From Cyclobacteriaceae bacterium (GTDB lineage: Bacteria; Bacteroidota; Bacteroidia; Cytophagales; Cyclobacteriaceae), in the NCBI GenBank assembly GCA_020436125.1, contig JAGQYK010000004.1, positions 27,815 through 91,814 on the forward strand: 64,000 nucleotides of DNA, written 5' to 3'. The notes beneath the pieces were generated by a model. The model was given only the letters and a program-made list of their open reading frames with translations. It had not been told where the DNA came from and ran no database searches. Below, one piece after another: positions 18,460 through 28,700 of the stretch (position 1 is the first letter of the stretch; each line of letters begins with the position of its first letter). Position numbers and translations under genes: made by a program.

Positions 18460-18863
18460 TAATTATCAATATAAAAGCTAAGTTCAACCACCTTACCATT
18501 TTCTTTGAAATCAACCTCATCAGATAGGTGTTTCATCAGGAAAATGCCTCTACCCCCAGGCTTTTCAATATTTTCCGGGGCTGTTGGGTCCGGCAGGTTA
18601 TGAAAATCAAAACCATTCCCCTCGTCCTCTACTTTAAACTTGATAAGACCATCCTCTAATGACAAGGCAAGGGTAACATTCTTGCCAGACTCGTTCTTAT
18701 TGCCGTGCTTAATGGCATTGTTCACGGCCTCAGTTACTGCAATCATGATATTGCCATAGATATCATCATTGAGACTGAATTTCTCCTTCGCATTGTCGAT
18801 AAAGCTCTCAATCATCCTTATATTCTCAGAAAGGGACGGGATTTCAATACGAAAGTTGTTCAT
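18459..18863 (-). CDS. ATP-binding protein, RsbW/anti-sigma-factor kinase-like (HATPase_c_2)
   Basis: AVTEAVNNAIKHGN, VEDEGNGF, GGRGIFLM; TAATG overlap with ybeY. Confidence 0.88.
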   Translation of the reverse strand: MNNFRIEIPSLSENIRMIESFIDNAKEKFSLNDDIYGNIMIAVTEAVNNAIKHGNKNESGKNVTLALSLEDGLIKFKVEDEGNGFDFHNLPDPTAPENIEKPGGRGIFLMKHLSDEVDFKENGKVVELSFYIDN

Positions 18864-18904
18864 TTGATAATAGCCAGTTTAAAGTGTAATACCTTTAAGC
18901 GAAC

Positions 18905-21900
18905 TCATTGAAAGTTTTCTATTCGCTTAAAATACTCATTCACCTCCTTCTTGTAATAAGGATACAGTTTAGGGGGTACCGTTTTCAACAATTCTACTTC
19001 TTTTTCCTTTAATCTTAAATATTCTTCAAATGCTTTTGGGAGTTGCTTTTGATATTCTTTAGCTGTCTCCCCTTTGCGCTCTTCATCCATATTTTGCTCT
19101 CTCATCGATTTCTCAGTTTCTAAGAGCCGTGTGAGTATATCCTTTTGCCTTCTGATGGTTTGCTCAGTCAGTCGCTTGTTAACAAGATCCATTTCCGTTT
19201 GTTCCATTTTTCCAGGAATATCACCCCCAGGTGCTTTCCCTCCCTGTTGCTCTAACTTCTCTTGCATCTCCTGTAACGCTCTTCTTATTCTTTCTTGTTC
19301 CGCAGCCATTTTGGCCAGTTCTTCGGAAAGCTGCCTTCCGGACTTACCACTGTTTTTCAATTGCTCTATCTGATCATTAAGCTGCTGCTGTAGTTCTCCC
19401 AGGCTTTCCTTCCCCTTAGCTTTCCCTTTTCCTTTGGAGGGCATGGCGTTGGCCATCATATCCATCATCATGTCAAAGTGATCATTCAGCATAAGTGCAA
19501 GGTTGTTGATACTGGTCATCGATAGTTGCATCTCAGATCCGGCATTGCCTTTTCTTCTCTCTTTAATGTTTTCCACTGCCTTATCTACGTGATCGTTTAG
19601 CTCACCCACCTCTCTGGTGACGATCGATCCCATGAATGGATCGCGCTTGGCGAGAGATAACAGGCTGTCTTCCAGTACTTTAGAGTCATCTTTAATTTTT
19701 AATTGCTGCTGGCTGAGTTTCACATATTTGGGATCTGTTTGCTGAACCTGGACAAAGTCCTTCATAAGCGACTCCTGATCATACGACAATTTAATTAGCC
19801 CATGGAGTATCTGACGCAGCGATTCTAGGTTCTCCATATCAATCTCCATTTGCATCGTATTCTGCATCCCCTCCATTTGTTGCTGCATTTGCTTCATTTT
19901 CTCTGCAGCTTTCTTTTGTTGTTCCGTTGCCTTTTTGGGTTCTCCTTGTTCCAACGATTCTTTACTTTCTTGCTGAGAATTCTTTACGTCACTCATTTCA
20001 TCCTCAGACGGGGTGTCGGCTTGTTTTTTGATCTCTTCGCCTATTTTATTTAGATCTTCTAAGGTTTTTTCGAACTGTTCAAATTCTTTTGACAATTCGT
20101 CCTGTTCCTTGGCTAAACTTTCATTCTCTTTAGGCGAATCGGATGATTCTTCACTTTTATCTCCTTTATTATTCTCCTCACCAGATTTTGAATCTTTATT
20201 GTCGGACTTATCACCTTGGTCGTTTTGTGGCTTCTCTCCAGCTGCTTCCTGCGTTTTCTTTAGTAAGTCTTCTTGTCTTTTAGTCTGATCCTTTATTTCC
20301 TGAATAGCTTGATCCAGTTTGTAGTCGTACTGCATCTGCTTGAATAACTCGAGTGTGCGTTCTAATTCTTTTTCAAGATTGATCTCTTTACGATCCATTT
20401 TGTCCAACTGCTTTTGAATATCATTCACATCAGCATTTTCGCGCATTAATTTTTCCAGTTCCTCAAAGAGCTTTTTGGTTTCATCATCAAGGAGTTCGTC
20501 CATCAATTTTTGTAATTGTTCGGATCTTTCCTTCATTTTCTCATCCATCTCTGAAAGCCCCTCCTTCTTTTCATTCAGCATTTCGTTTTGCTTTTGCAAA
20601 TCATTAATCAACTGATCGAGATTTTGCTTTTGCTTGATGAGGTCCTCCAGCATTTTTTGATCTTGCCATTCCATTGATTTCTTTCCTCTTAACTTTTGCT
20701 GTGCCTCGTCAATGGATTCTTTAAGGTCTTTTGCCTTCTTAAGACTTTCATCAATTTTACTTTCCGTGTTTTGTTGGGATCGACTGATATCCGCTTTCAT
20801 CTCTTGTTCGCTTGGAAGCGCAAACACATATGAAGAAGAGCGAGTAGATTTGCGGCCATTCACTCCATCGTTGTCCCACACTTCAAGATAATAGTTGATC
20901 CGTTCTCCTGGCTGTAGTTGAAGGGAGTCAAGCACCCATTGGTGAAAGAAACTTTGCTTGAGTTGGTTTTTATGAACCGGAATGGAAATGACTTTATTAG
21001 GACCCGCAGCCTCCTTTGTTACTTTTTGGTAGTTCAATGCCAAGGCGCTTATACCATAGTCATCGGAGATGCTACCTCCCAATAATATCGTTTTATAGAG
21101 AATAGAATCACGAAGATGGTCAACGACAATTTGTGGGTGTTGATCCTTAACTACATTAATTGAATAAGAGATCTGATCTTTATTCTTTGAATGATCATTT
21201 TCTAAAGCAATCCAGTAGCCCTCAGAATTGTTAAAGTTCTGATTGTGCCTAAACTGCTGATTATCAACTAATTGCATTTGATTTTCTTCCCCTGAGGATG
21301 TGAAACCAATGGCTGCTTTTGCTGCGTTGGCAGCCCCAATGAGCCAAGTAATGTTTGTTCCTTCGGGAATTTCTAGGTTCCCGGTGTTCAGCAGCACCTC
21401 ACTTTGTTTAGCAAGATATCGGGGGTAAGTAAGCGTCACCTTTAGTTGGGTAAGCTCAGGTCGGTTAATCATGTTGATGGTATATCCATCAGAATAAAAC
21501 CCGGAAGCTTCAAACTGAAAGGGAATTTCGTTTTGAAGTTTTTCGAAAGTGTAGGTGTATGAGGAGTTCGAAAGCGACTCCATTTTAAAACGCTGATTTC
21601 CAGATTGAATATATACTGCTTCAGGTAAGGCTTGTCCTTCGAGGTTTAGGTTCAAAGTAAAATCCTCATTCATGAAGGCATTGAGGTTTTGGTTTTGTAC
21701 TATAAAATTGAAAGGTGCTTTTGGAGAGAATTCCCTGTTGAACTGAACAATGCGCTGTGTGCTTTGTGTAAAAATCCCATTGTTAATAAAGAAGAGCACC
21801 AACATAATCCCGAATGGAATCAAAAGATATTTGAGATACTTCTTATTGGCGCCCAAATCAATGGCACTTTCAAAAGTTACGTTTTCGAATTGTCTCGACT

Positions 21901-22291
21901 TTTGTAGAATACCTGCATCCAGAAGTGCACTCTCGTGTTGAGTTGCCGAGAGTTGAATGACATTAAGCAAACGATCCTTGATGGCGGGAAAATGAGCACC
22001 AATCATTTGTGCACTTTCCTCCTGTCCTAATCCTTTGTGATAAATCCACCAGGAGAGCGGTTCTTTCAGAAATCGGTAAATACAAAACCCGACCAGAACA
22101 AAAAAAGAGAGCAGAATAGTAAATCGTGCCCATCCACTCAGCCAAAGATTGTATTCAATAAGACTTACAATAAGGAAGTAAAGCAGAACAAGTGAGACTG
22201 TAAGAATGGTGCCCTTAATAAAAAGATTGAGGTAGTACCTTTTCTTAAAGGAATTCAACCTGCTGTCGATCACTTTTATACCTTCTCTCAT
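18905..22291 (-). CDS. Large membrane-anchored coiled-coil protein, DUF4175 family
   Basis: N-terminal TM helices, YYLEVWDNDGVNGRKSTRS motif, long E/K/Q-rich coiled coil, C-terminal PYYKKEVNEYF. Confidence 0.82.
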   Translation of the reverse strand: MREGIKVIDSRLNSFKKRYYLNLFIKGTILTVSLVLLYFLIVSLIEYNLWLSGWARFTILLSFFVLVGFCIYRFLKEPLSWWIYHKGLGQEESAQMIGAHFPAIKDRLLNVIQLSATQHESALLDAGILQKSRQFENVTFESAIDLGANKKYLKYLLIPFGIMLVLFFINNGIFTQSTQRIVQFNREFSPKAPFNFIVQNQNLNAFMNEDFTLNLNLEGQALPEAVYIQSGNQRFKMESLSNSSYTYTFEKLQNEIPFQFEASGFYSDGYTINMINRPELTQLKVTLTYPRYLAKQSEVLLNTGNLEIPEGTNITWLIGAANAAKAAIGFTSSGEENQMQLVDNQQFRHNQNFNNSEGYWIALENDHSKNKDQISYSINVVKDQHPQIVVDHLRDSILYKTILLGGSISDDYGISALALNYQKVTKEAAGPNKVISIPVHKNQLKQSFFHQWVLDSLQLQPGERINYYLEVWDNDGVNGRKSTRSSSYVFALPSEQEMKADISRSQQNTESKIDESLKKAKDLKESIDEAQQKLRGKKSMEWQDQKMLEDLIKQKQNLDQLINDLQKQNEMLNEKKEGLSEMDEKMKERSEQLQKLMDELLDDETKKLFEELEKLMRENADVNDIQKQLDKMDRKEINLEKELERTLELFKQMQYDYKLDQAIQEIKDQTKRQEDLLKKTQEAAGEKPQNDQGDKSDNKDSKSGEENNKGDKSEESSDSPKENESLAKEQDELSKEFEQFEKTLEDLNKIGEEIKKQADTPSEDEMSDVKNSQQESKESLEQGEPKKATEQQKKAAEKMKQMQQQMEGMQNTMQMEIDMENLESLRQILHGLIKLSYDQESLMKDFVQVQQTDPKYVKLSQQQLKIKDDSKVLEDSLLSLAKRDPFMGSIVTREVGELNDHVDKAVENIKERRKGNAGSEMQLSMTSINNLALMLNDHFDMMMDMMANAMPSKGKGKAKGKESLGELQQQLNDQIEQLKNSGKSGRQLSEELAKMAAEQERIRRALQEMQEKLEQQGGKAPGGDIPGKMEQTEMDLVNKRLTEQTIRRQKDILTRLLETEKSMREQNMDEERKGETAKEYQKQLPKAFEEYLRLKEKEVELLKTVPPKLYPYYKKEVNEYFKRIENFQ

Positions 22292-22425
22292 ACAATCACC
22301 TTAACCGTGGAAACGAATAGCCAGTCTAGATAGTTTAGAATTTACTAAGATAAGAATGGAGTATTCCGAATTCAAAACCATCCATCAGTTAAATAGACGA
22401 TTGTCTCCTCCAAGTTGGGCGATAT

Positions 22426-22794
22426 CTACACAATGTTGGAGACCCAGCCATATTCCAATTCAAAGTATTCCAGAACATGAATCTTCAACAACTTTTCTTG
22501 CTCTAGCAAATCGAAGTGAGGCAATTTTTTGATGAGGTTCCAGTGTGGCCATCCGTCCTTGTCGGTTCCCTCCAATTCATAATACCCTGAAAGACTCAGA
22601 ACCTTGCAGATGGCAATGTGCAGAAGGTCTTGCTTTTCTTCTTTAGAGAAGAGTGCATGGCCCCTACCCAGTTCTTGCACCCCTATCAAAAAAAGGACTC
22701 CGTTGAGGTCTTTCGGCTTTTTCCCCAACTTTTCGTCCAGCTCAGCCAAAAGCCATGCCCACTTTCTCTCTAGTTCAAGGTCTCTTTTATACAT
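22426..22794 (-). CDS. Conserved Bacteroidota hypothetical protein
   Basis: LFLIGVQELG...EEKQDLLHIAICKVL...DKDGWPHW; overlaps the stop of the upstream CMD gene. Confidence 0.75.
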   Translation of the reverse strand: MYKRDLELERKWAWLLAELDEKLGKKPKDLNGVLFLIGVQELGRGHALFSKEEKQDLLHIAICKVLSLSGYYELEGTDKDGWPHWNLIKKLPHFDLLEQEKLLKIHVLEYFELEYGWVSNIV

Positions 22795-23128
22795 TTTGAA
22801 GTTCTTCCCAGTATTCGTAAGCTCTTCTTAAGTGAGGAATTACAATGGTTCCTCCTACCAGAGTGGCTACTCCCATGGCTTCGTTTACTTCTGCCGTGGA
22901 AAACCCAATTTCTTTACACTTGCCAAGGTGATATTTTACACAATCATCGCAGCGCAAAACCAAGGAGCAGGTTAAACCAATCAGTTCCTTTGATTTTATA
23001 TCCAAAGCCCCTTCCGCGTAAGCGTTAGTATCCAGATTGAATATTCGTTTGATAATTAGGCTATCGGAGGAGAGAATCTTTTCGTTCATCTTGCTCCGAT
23101 ATTCATTAAATTGCTTTACCTGACTCAT
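22787..23128 (-). CDS. Carboxymuconolactone decarboxylase / AhpD-like family protein
   Basis: KELIGLTCSLVLRCDDCVKYH (CxxC-x2-H). Confidence 0.88.
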   Translation of the reverse strand: MSQVKQFNEYRSKMNEKILSSDSLIIKRIFNLDTNAYAEGALDIKSKELIGLTCSLVLRCDDCVKYHLGKCKEIGFSTAEVNEAMGVATLVGGTIVIPHLRRAYEYWEELQNV

Positions 23129-23193
23129 GGGTATAGAAAGTTAGTGATGCAAATATGATGTCATTAACCATCAAAACAAATGGATAGTTTGCG

Positions 23194-23877
23194 ATGAATT
23201 TATTGAAGGATTTCGTCTCGCTGTTCTTTCCCCGATACTGCCTGGCCTGCTCCAATTCTTTAGTGGGCGGAGAGGAAACGCTTTGTACCTACTGTATTGT
23301 TCATCTTCCAAAAACCAATTATGAGCTTGGAGATAATCCTGTTAGGGATCGCTTGGCAGGTAGGCTTCCCATTACCTATGGTGTAGCCTTTTTAAAATTG
23401 AAAAAAGGAGGTGTAGTACAAAAAATGCTTCATCAACTGAAATACAAGCATCATCCAGAGATAGGCGTAAAGCTGGGAAAGGTGTTTGGCAACGAATTGA
23501 AGCAAAAAGGATTGTCAGCAACTTTTGACCTTATCATTCCAGTGCCATTGCATCCATCACGGATAAGGAAGAGAGGCTATAACCAAAGTGCAAAGTTTGC
23601 GGAAGGGTTGAGTTACGTACTTCAAGTTCCGTGGGATGAAAGCATATCTGTGCGAAAGACCAGGACAAAAACTCAAACCAATAAATCAAAATTGGAGCGA
23701 TGGGAAAATGTAAAAGATGTATTTGCGATTGCTCAATCGGGTCAAGTATCAGGAAAGAGGATTCTATTGGTGGATGATGTAATTACTACCGGAGCGACCT
23801 TAGAGGCCTGCGGAATGCACCTGATAAATAGTGGATGCGCACAACTGAGTGTAGCCTGTATTGCGGAAGCGCAATAG
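23194..23877 (+). CDS. comF: ComF family amidophosphoribosyltransferase-like protein
   Basis: N-terminal CLAC...LCTYC zinc motif, PVPLH...RGYNQS, ILLVDDVITTGATL PRT motif. Confidence 0.9.
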   Translation: MNLLKDFVSLFFPRYCLACSNSLVGGEETLCTYCIVHLPKTNYELGDNPVRDRLAGRLPITYGVAFLKLKKGGVVQKMLHQLKYKHHPEIGVKLGKVFGNELKQKGLSATFDLIIPVPLHPSRIRKRGYNQSAKFAEGLSYVLQVPWDESISVRKTRTKTQTNKSKLERWENVKDVFAIAQSGQVSGKRILLVDDVITTGATLEACGMHLINSGCAQLSVACIAEAQ

Positions 23878-23913
23878 CATTCTTAATGGTGAATTAAAAA
23901 CTGACACAACAAA

Positions 23914-23942
23914 AAACCCTGACGGATTTACCATCAGGGTTT
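23914..23942 (-). terminator. Intrinsic terminator between convergent comF and gldJ
   Basis: AAACCCTGACGG-ATTTA-CCATCAGGGTTT. A T6 tract follows on the minus strand; possibly bidirectional. Confidence 0.75.
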
Positions 23943-23963
23943 ATATAATTATTTTAATTCTTC

Positions 23964-25190
23964 CTAGTAGTTCGAACCTGCACGGATCATCGCACAACGG
24001 AAACCGATAGTTGCTGTTGCGGAATCCTGATCAAGGTACCTTCTTGTTCCTGGAGACATCCAGTAAGCAACATCTTTCCATGAACCACCTTTGTAAACAC
24101 GGGCTTTGTCAGTAATCAATGAAGTAAAGCCTTGAGGGTTTTGCTCGCTGTTACTATTGTAACCTCTAACGTCATCCAAAAATCCATCTCTACGGATTGG
24201 ATTAAGGTCATCAACATCCTGATATGACATAGGGCGATAAACGTCCATTACCCACTCACTCACATTACCGGCCATGTTGTACAAACCGTAATCGTTAGGA
24301 GGGAACTCGTATATATATGAGGTAATTAACGCACCATCATTTAGACGTCCTGCTATACCAGCATAGTCACCACGACCACGCTTAAAGTTGGCAAGGAAGA
24401 ATCCCATTTGCTTTCCATAAGGATTACGCAAAGCGTGACCATCCCATGGATAGATACGCTGGTGGGTTTGCATTTCTTCTAACCATTGTGTTCCTATAAG
24501 TGCCTGGGCTGCATACTCCCACTCCGCTTCTGTAGGAAGGCGATAAGCTGGGATTACAATACCAGATTCTAAAGGAATACGGCCGTCAGTTTCTGCATAT
24601 TCATCACCGGATTGTTCGGCTAGCTGCACATTTACTGCGCGCGTTCTCCAAACAGCATAGTTATTAGCCTGACTCCAGCTCACTCCCACTACAGGGAAGT
24701 AACGGAAACCAGGATATCTCAAATAGTGATCTACATATGGATCGTTGAAAGCCAGCTTACCTACCCAAACGGTAGTATCAGGAAGAGCGTTTGCGTAAAC
24801 TTCCTGAGTAGAGTCTTTTGCGAGGTAGTGCAAATACTCAAGCCAGTGGATATTGGCAATTTCGGTTTCGTCCATATAGAAAGAAGCAACAGAAACTGTT
24901 CTTTCTATATTGTCTCGATAGGACATAACGTCCTCCTCGAATGATCCCATAATGGTGCGACCGCCTTCAATGAAAACAGTATTCGGAGCATCTGGTTGGC
25001 CTTCGAATGCCGTTACCTCAAATCCTCCTGCGTCTTCATCATTGTAGGCCAAGCCTGTGGCAGTACTCATTTGCCCAGGATTTGTTGCACTGGGTTTTCC
25101 ACCCCCACCTCCTAAAAGTGAGCATGATGAAATAATGAGGGAGCCGCCAACTAAAAAAAGTAGACCCTTGTAGTACTTCATTTTATTCAT
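23964..25190 (-). CDS. gldJ: Gliding motility lipoprotein GldJ (FGE-sulfatase domain)
   Basis: IISSC lipobox; STATGLAYN, VFIEGG, SFYMDETE, ALPDTTVW, YRLPTEAEWEYAA, GLYNMAGNVSEWV. Start at ATG 25190 or 25181, not 25274. Confidence 0.85.
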   Translation of the reverse strand: MNKMKYYKGLLFLVGGSLIISSCSLLGGGGGKPSATNPGQMSTATGLAYNDEDAGGFEVTAFEGQPDAPNTVFIEGGRTIMGSFEEDVMSYRDNIERTVSVASFYMDETEIANIHWLEYLHYLAKDSTQEVYANALPDTTVWVGKLAFNDPYVDHYLRYPGFRYFPVVGVSWSQANNYAVWRTRAVNVQLAEQSGDEYAETDGRIPLESGIVIPAYRLPTEAEWEYAAQALIGTQWLEEMQTHQRIYPWDGHALRNPYGKQMGFFLANFKRGRGDYAGIAGRLNDGALITSYIYEFPPNDYGLYNMAGNVSEWVMDVYRPMSYQDVDDLNPIRRDGFLDDVRGYNSNSEQNPQGFTSLITDKARVYKGGSWKDVAYWMSPGTRRYLDQDSATATIGFRCAMIRAGSNY

Positions 25191-25489
25191 ATAGATAGTC
25201 AAAGCAACCGCTAATATATGTAGATAATTAGATGTTTTCCAAAGAGAAAGGATTTTATTGATAAATCCCTGCATTAAGTAAATCCATCTTTTTTTGTTTC
25301 CTAAGAACGGAAGGACAAGATAGCTTATTGCCCAGTAACTTGGCGCAGTAAATTTTTCTCTTTTTGGGACAAACTATCTCTAATTGGATCAAAAACTGGA
25401 CATAAAGGCTTAAATCAGCCTAAAATCAAGGATAATTTGTCTGGCACTCATTTGGCCTTAGTAGTTTCTGTAAGATTTTAAACAACAGC

Positions 25490-25747
25490 ATGAAACTTCT
25501 ATCTATAACCGATTTTAAGGATTATTCTTTTGATAAGAAATGCGATGTGGTAACGATATACTCTAACTACATCATGCACAGGGAATTCCCAAATGGGAAG
25601 GCCTATTTATACCACACTGGGTCCTTCTTTATTGAGGTCTTGTATTCTTCTCTCCATAGAAAAATTCAAACCATAAATGCATTTGATGATGTAAGAATGT
25701 TGGCCCCCTATGCAGAGACGGTTTCTTTAGCCGATTTGAATTTTTGA
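25490..25747 (+). CDS. Small conserved hypothetical protein (85 aa)
   Basis: YLYHTGSFFIEVLY...AF...LAPY pattern resembles a common small Bacteroidota family (recalled, not searched). Confidence 0.65.
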   Translation: MKLLSITDFKDYSFDKKCDVVTIYSNYIMHREFPNGKAYLYHTGSFFIEVLYSSLHRKIQTINAFDDVRMLAPYAETVSLADLNF

Positions 25748-28700
25748 TCAATCAGTGGCTCAAGAATTTCTAAAGCGCTGTCAACGGAATCGATATCTTC
25801 TATGGTAAGGATAGGTTTGCCGGAGACATCTTTAAGGCGGCATCTTTTGGGTTGAGACTGTGCAAACGATAATATTTTACCAAACACGTCTGACTTGAAA
25901 TATTCTTCTTTACCTGTAATGAAGTAGGCTTTTAATTTTCCATTCTTCAGGGTCACTTTTTCAAATCCAAGTTGCTCCCCAATCCATCTCAATTGGACAG
26001 TATTAATTAACTGCCCAACAGATTCAGGAATAGGACCAAACCTGTCTTTTAGCGATTCGCGGAATTTTGCAAGCGACTTCTCATCTTTAATATTGTCAAG
26101 ACTGGCATATAACTGAATACGTTCGCTGGTGTTGCTTACATAGTCATCTGGAATCAAGATTTCGAGATCAGTTTCGATAACACAATCCTGAACAAGGATT
26201 TTTACTTTCTCGGCTAACTCTTCAGAAAACAATTCTTTAAACTCGGTTTCCTTTAACTCTTGGATGGCATCATCCAAAATTTTATGATAAGTATCAAAGC
26301 CAAGGTCATTGATAAAACCAGTTTGCTCAGCGCCTAATAGGTTACCGGCACCACGAATATCCAGATCGCGCATGGCAACTTTGAAACCATCACCTAAATC
26401 TGAAAATTCTTCCAGAGCCGAAAGCCTTTTTCGTGAATCAGAAGACAACACAGAAGTAGGCGGAGTAAGTAAATAACAAAATGCTTTTTTGTTGGAACGA
26501 CCAACACGACCACGCATTTGATGCAAATCACTTAACCCAAACATATGCGCCTGGTTGATCATAATAGTGTTGGCGTTGGGTATATCCAATCCGGATTCAA
26601 TAATGTTGGTAGAAACCAGCACATCATATTCTCCTTCAATAAACTTCACCATCACTTTCTCTAATCGATTGCCTTCCATCTGTCCGTGGGCAATTCCTAT
26701 TCGACTATCCGGCACAAGTTTGAAAATAACATTGGCCACCTGCTCTATATCACTTACCCGGTTATGAACAAAAAATACTTGTCCCCCACGTTGTAGTTCG
26801 TGACTAACGGCATCGCGAATAATGCTCTCTTCATAAGTGTGCAATACTGTAGTAACTGGCTGTCGGTTGGGTGGAGCCGTTGCTATTATGCTTAGGTCTC
26901 TGGCGCCCATTAAAGAAAAATGTAAAGTCCGGGGAATAGGCGTAGCGGTAAGGGTGAGCACATCTACACTTACTTTTAATTCTTTCAGCTTATCTTTTAC
27001 CTTAACGCCAAACTTTTGTTCTTCGTCAATAACAAGTAGACCTAAATTTTTGAAGACAACGTCTTTGCTTACCAATCGATGGGTACCAATGACAATATTA
27101 ACTTTACCTTCACCTACTCCTTTTACCACCTCTTTGATTTCCTGAGTGGTTTTAAACCGAGAGATGTATTCTATTTTTAGCGGAAAATTGCTCAGCCTTT
27201 CACAAAAAGTTCTGTGATGCTGCATGGCCAGAATAGTGGTGGGAACCAGCACTGCCACCTGCTTTCCTTCTGTTACCGCCTTAAACGCAGCTCTTATTGC
27301 TACCTCAGTCTTACCGAATCCAACATCACCACAAACCAAACGATCCATGGGATGAGGTAATTCCATATCCTTCTTTACATCTTCTGTTGCACTTGCCTGA
27401 TCAGGTGTGTCCTCATATAAAAACGATGACTCTAACTCTGCCTGCAGAAACCCATCACCAGCAAAAGCATAACCAGGAGCTTGCTTCCGTTTGGCGTATA
27501 ATTCAATAAGCTCTTTGGCAATGTCCTTGACCTTTTTCTTGGCCTTGGCTTTTTTACTTTCCCACTCACCGCTTCCCAGCTTACTAACTAGAGGAGCAGT
27601 ACCCTCTTTGCCAGAATATTTTGAAATTTTGTGAAGGGAGTGAATACTCGCATAAAGCAAATCATCATCTCTAAAGACGATGCGGATGGCTTCTTGCTCT
27701 TTGCCGTTAACAATTTTCTTTTCAAGGCCGGCAAATTTTCCCACTCCATAATCAATGTGAGTGATGAAGTCTCCGGGTTGCAAGGTGTGCAACTCTCGAA
27801 AAGTCATTGCTTTCGATTTTGAAAACTTTTCCTTGCTGCGATAGCGATGAAAGCGTTCAAAAATCTGGTGATCGGTATAGCAACCTACCTTCACCAAGTG
27901 GTCGATAAAACCCTGGCGCAAAGGAAACTCCAAAGGCTGGAACTCCAATGTAGGGTTGATCTCTTCAAATATTTCCTGAAGCCGCTCTAACTGCTTGGGT
28001 TGCTCAGCGGCAATAAAATTGGAGTAACCTTGCCCTTGAGAATCAATGAGTGAGCTGGCCATCAATTCAAAGTTCTTATTGAAGGAGGTTTGAGCAGATG
28101 CGCTAAACTCCAAAGTATGCGTGGCGTTTAATTTAAACCGGCTTCCAAACTCCAGACAAACAAACTCATTTAGCCGAGAAGAGAAATAGTCTGGTGTTTC
28201 AAAAAGCTGTTCAGGCTGAAGTGCAATTTTAGCATTGCCTGTATCTCGTAAAATTTTGTCGAAACGCTGTGAGGCCTTTTCAAAACTTTTGGTGAGTACA
28301 TCTGTGACTAGTTCACTGTCTTTAATCCAAATGCGAGTAGTAGGCGAAATAAAGTCTAATAGAGAATGCCTTTCCTCTTGGACCAATCGTGTTTGCACAT
28401 TGGGCATGAGGCTTACGTGTTCCAGTACTTCTACCGAAAGCTGCGAGCCAGGATCAAAACTACGAATGCTTTCAATCTCATCACCGAAGAGTTCGATACG
28501 ATAAGGATGATCGTGAGCAAAAGAGAATACATCTATAATCCCACCACGGATGGCAAACTGACCAGGCTCGTGTACAAAGTCTGTTTTCTCGAATTCGTAA
28601 GTGTGAAAGAAATCTTCAAGGAATTGACTGTCGAGCTTCTCGCCCTTTTTGATGCTAAAAGTATTGCTCGCCAGAGATTTCTTATTGATTACCTTTTCAA

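Noticed and set aside
20100-20260. Low-complexity D/S/K/E stretch in DUF4175
   Set aside because: A disordered protein linker with no DNA-level periodic repeat.
17380-23985. TTCGAA/TCGAATCC strings resembling tRNA T-loops (about 17390 and 23970)
   Set aside because: Both lie within mnmG and gldJ coding sequence, with no cloverleaf context.
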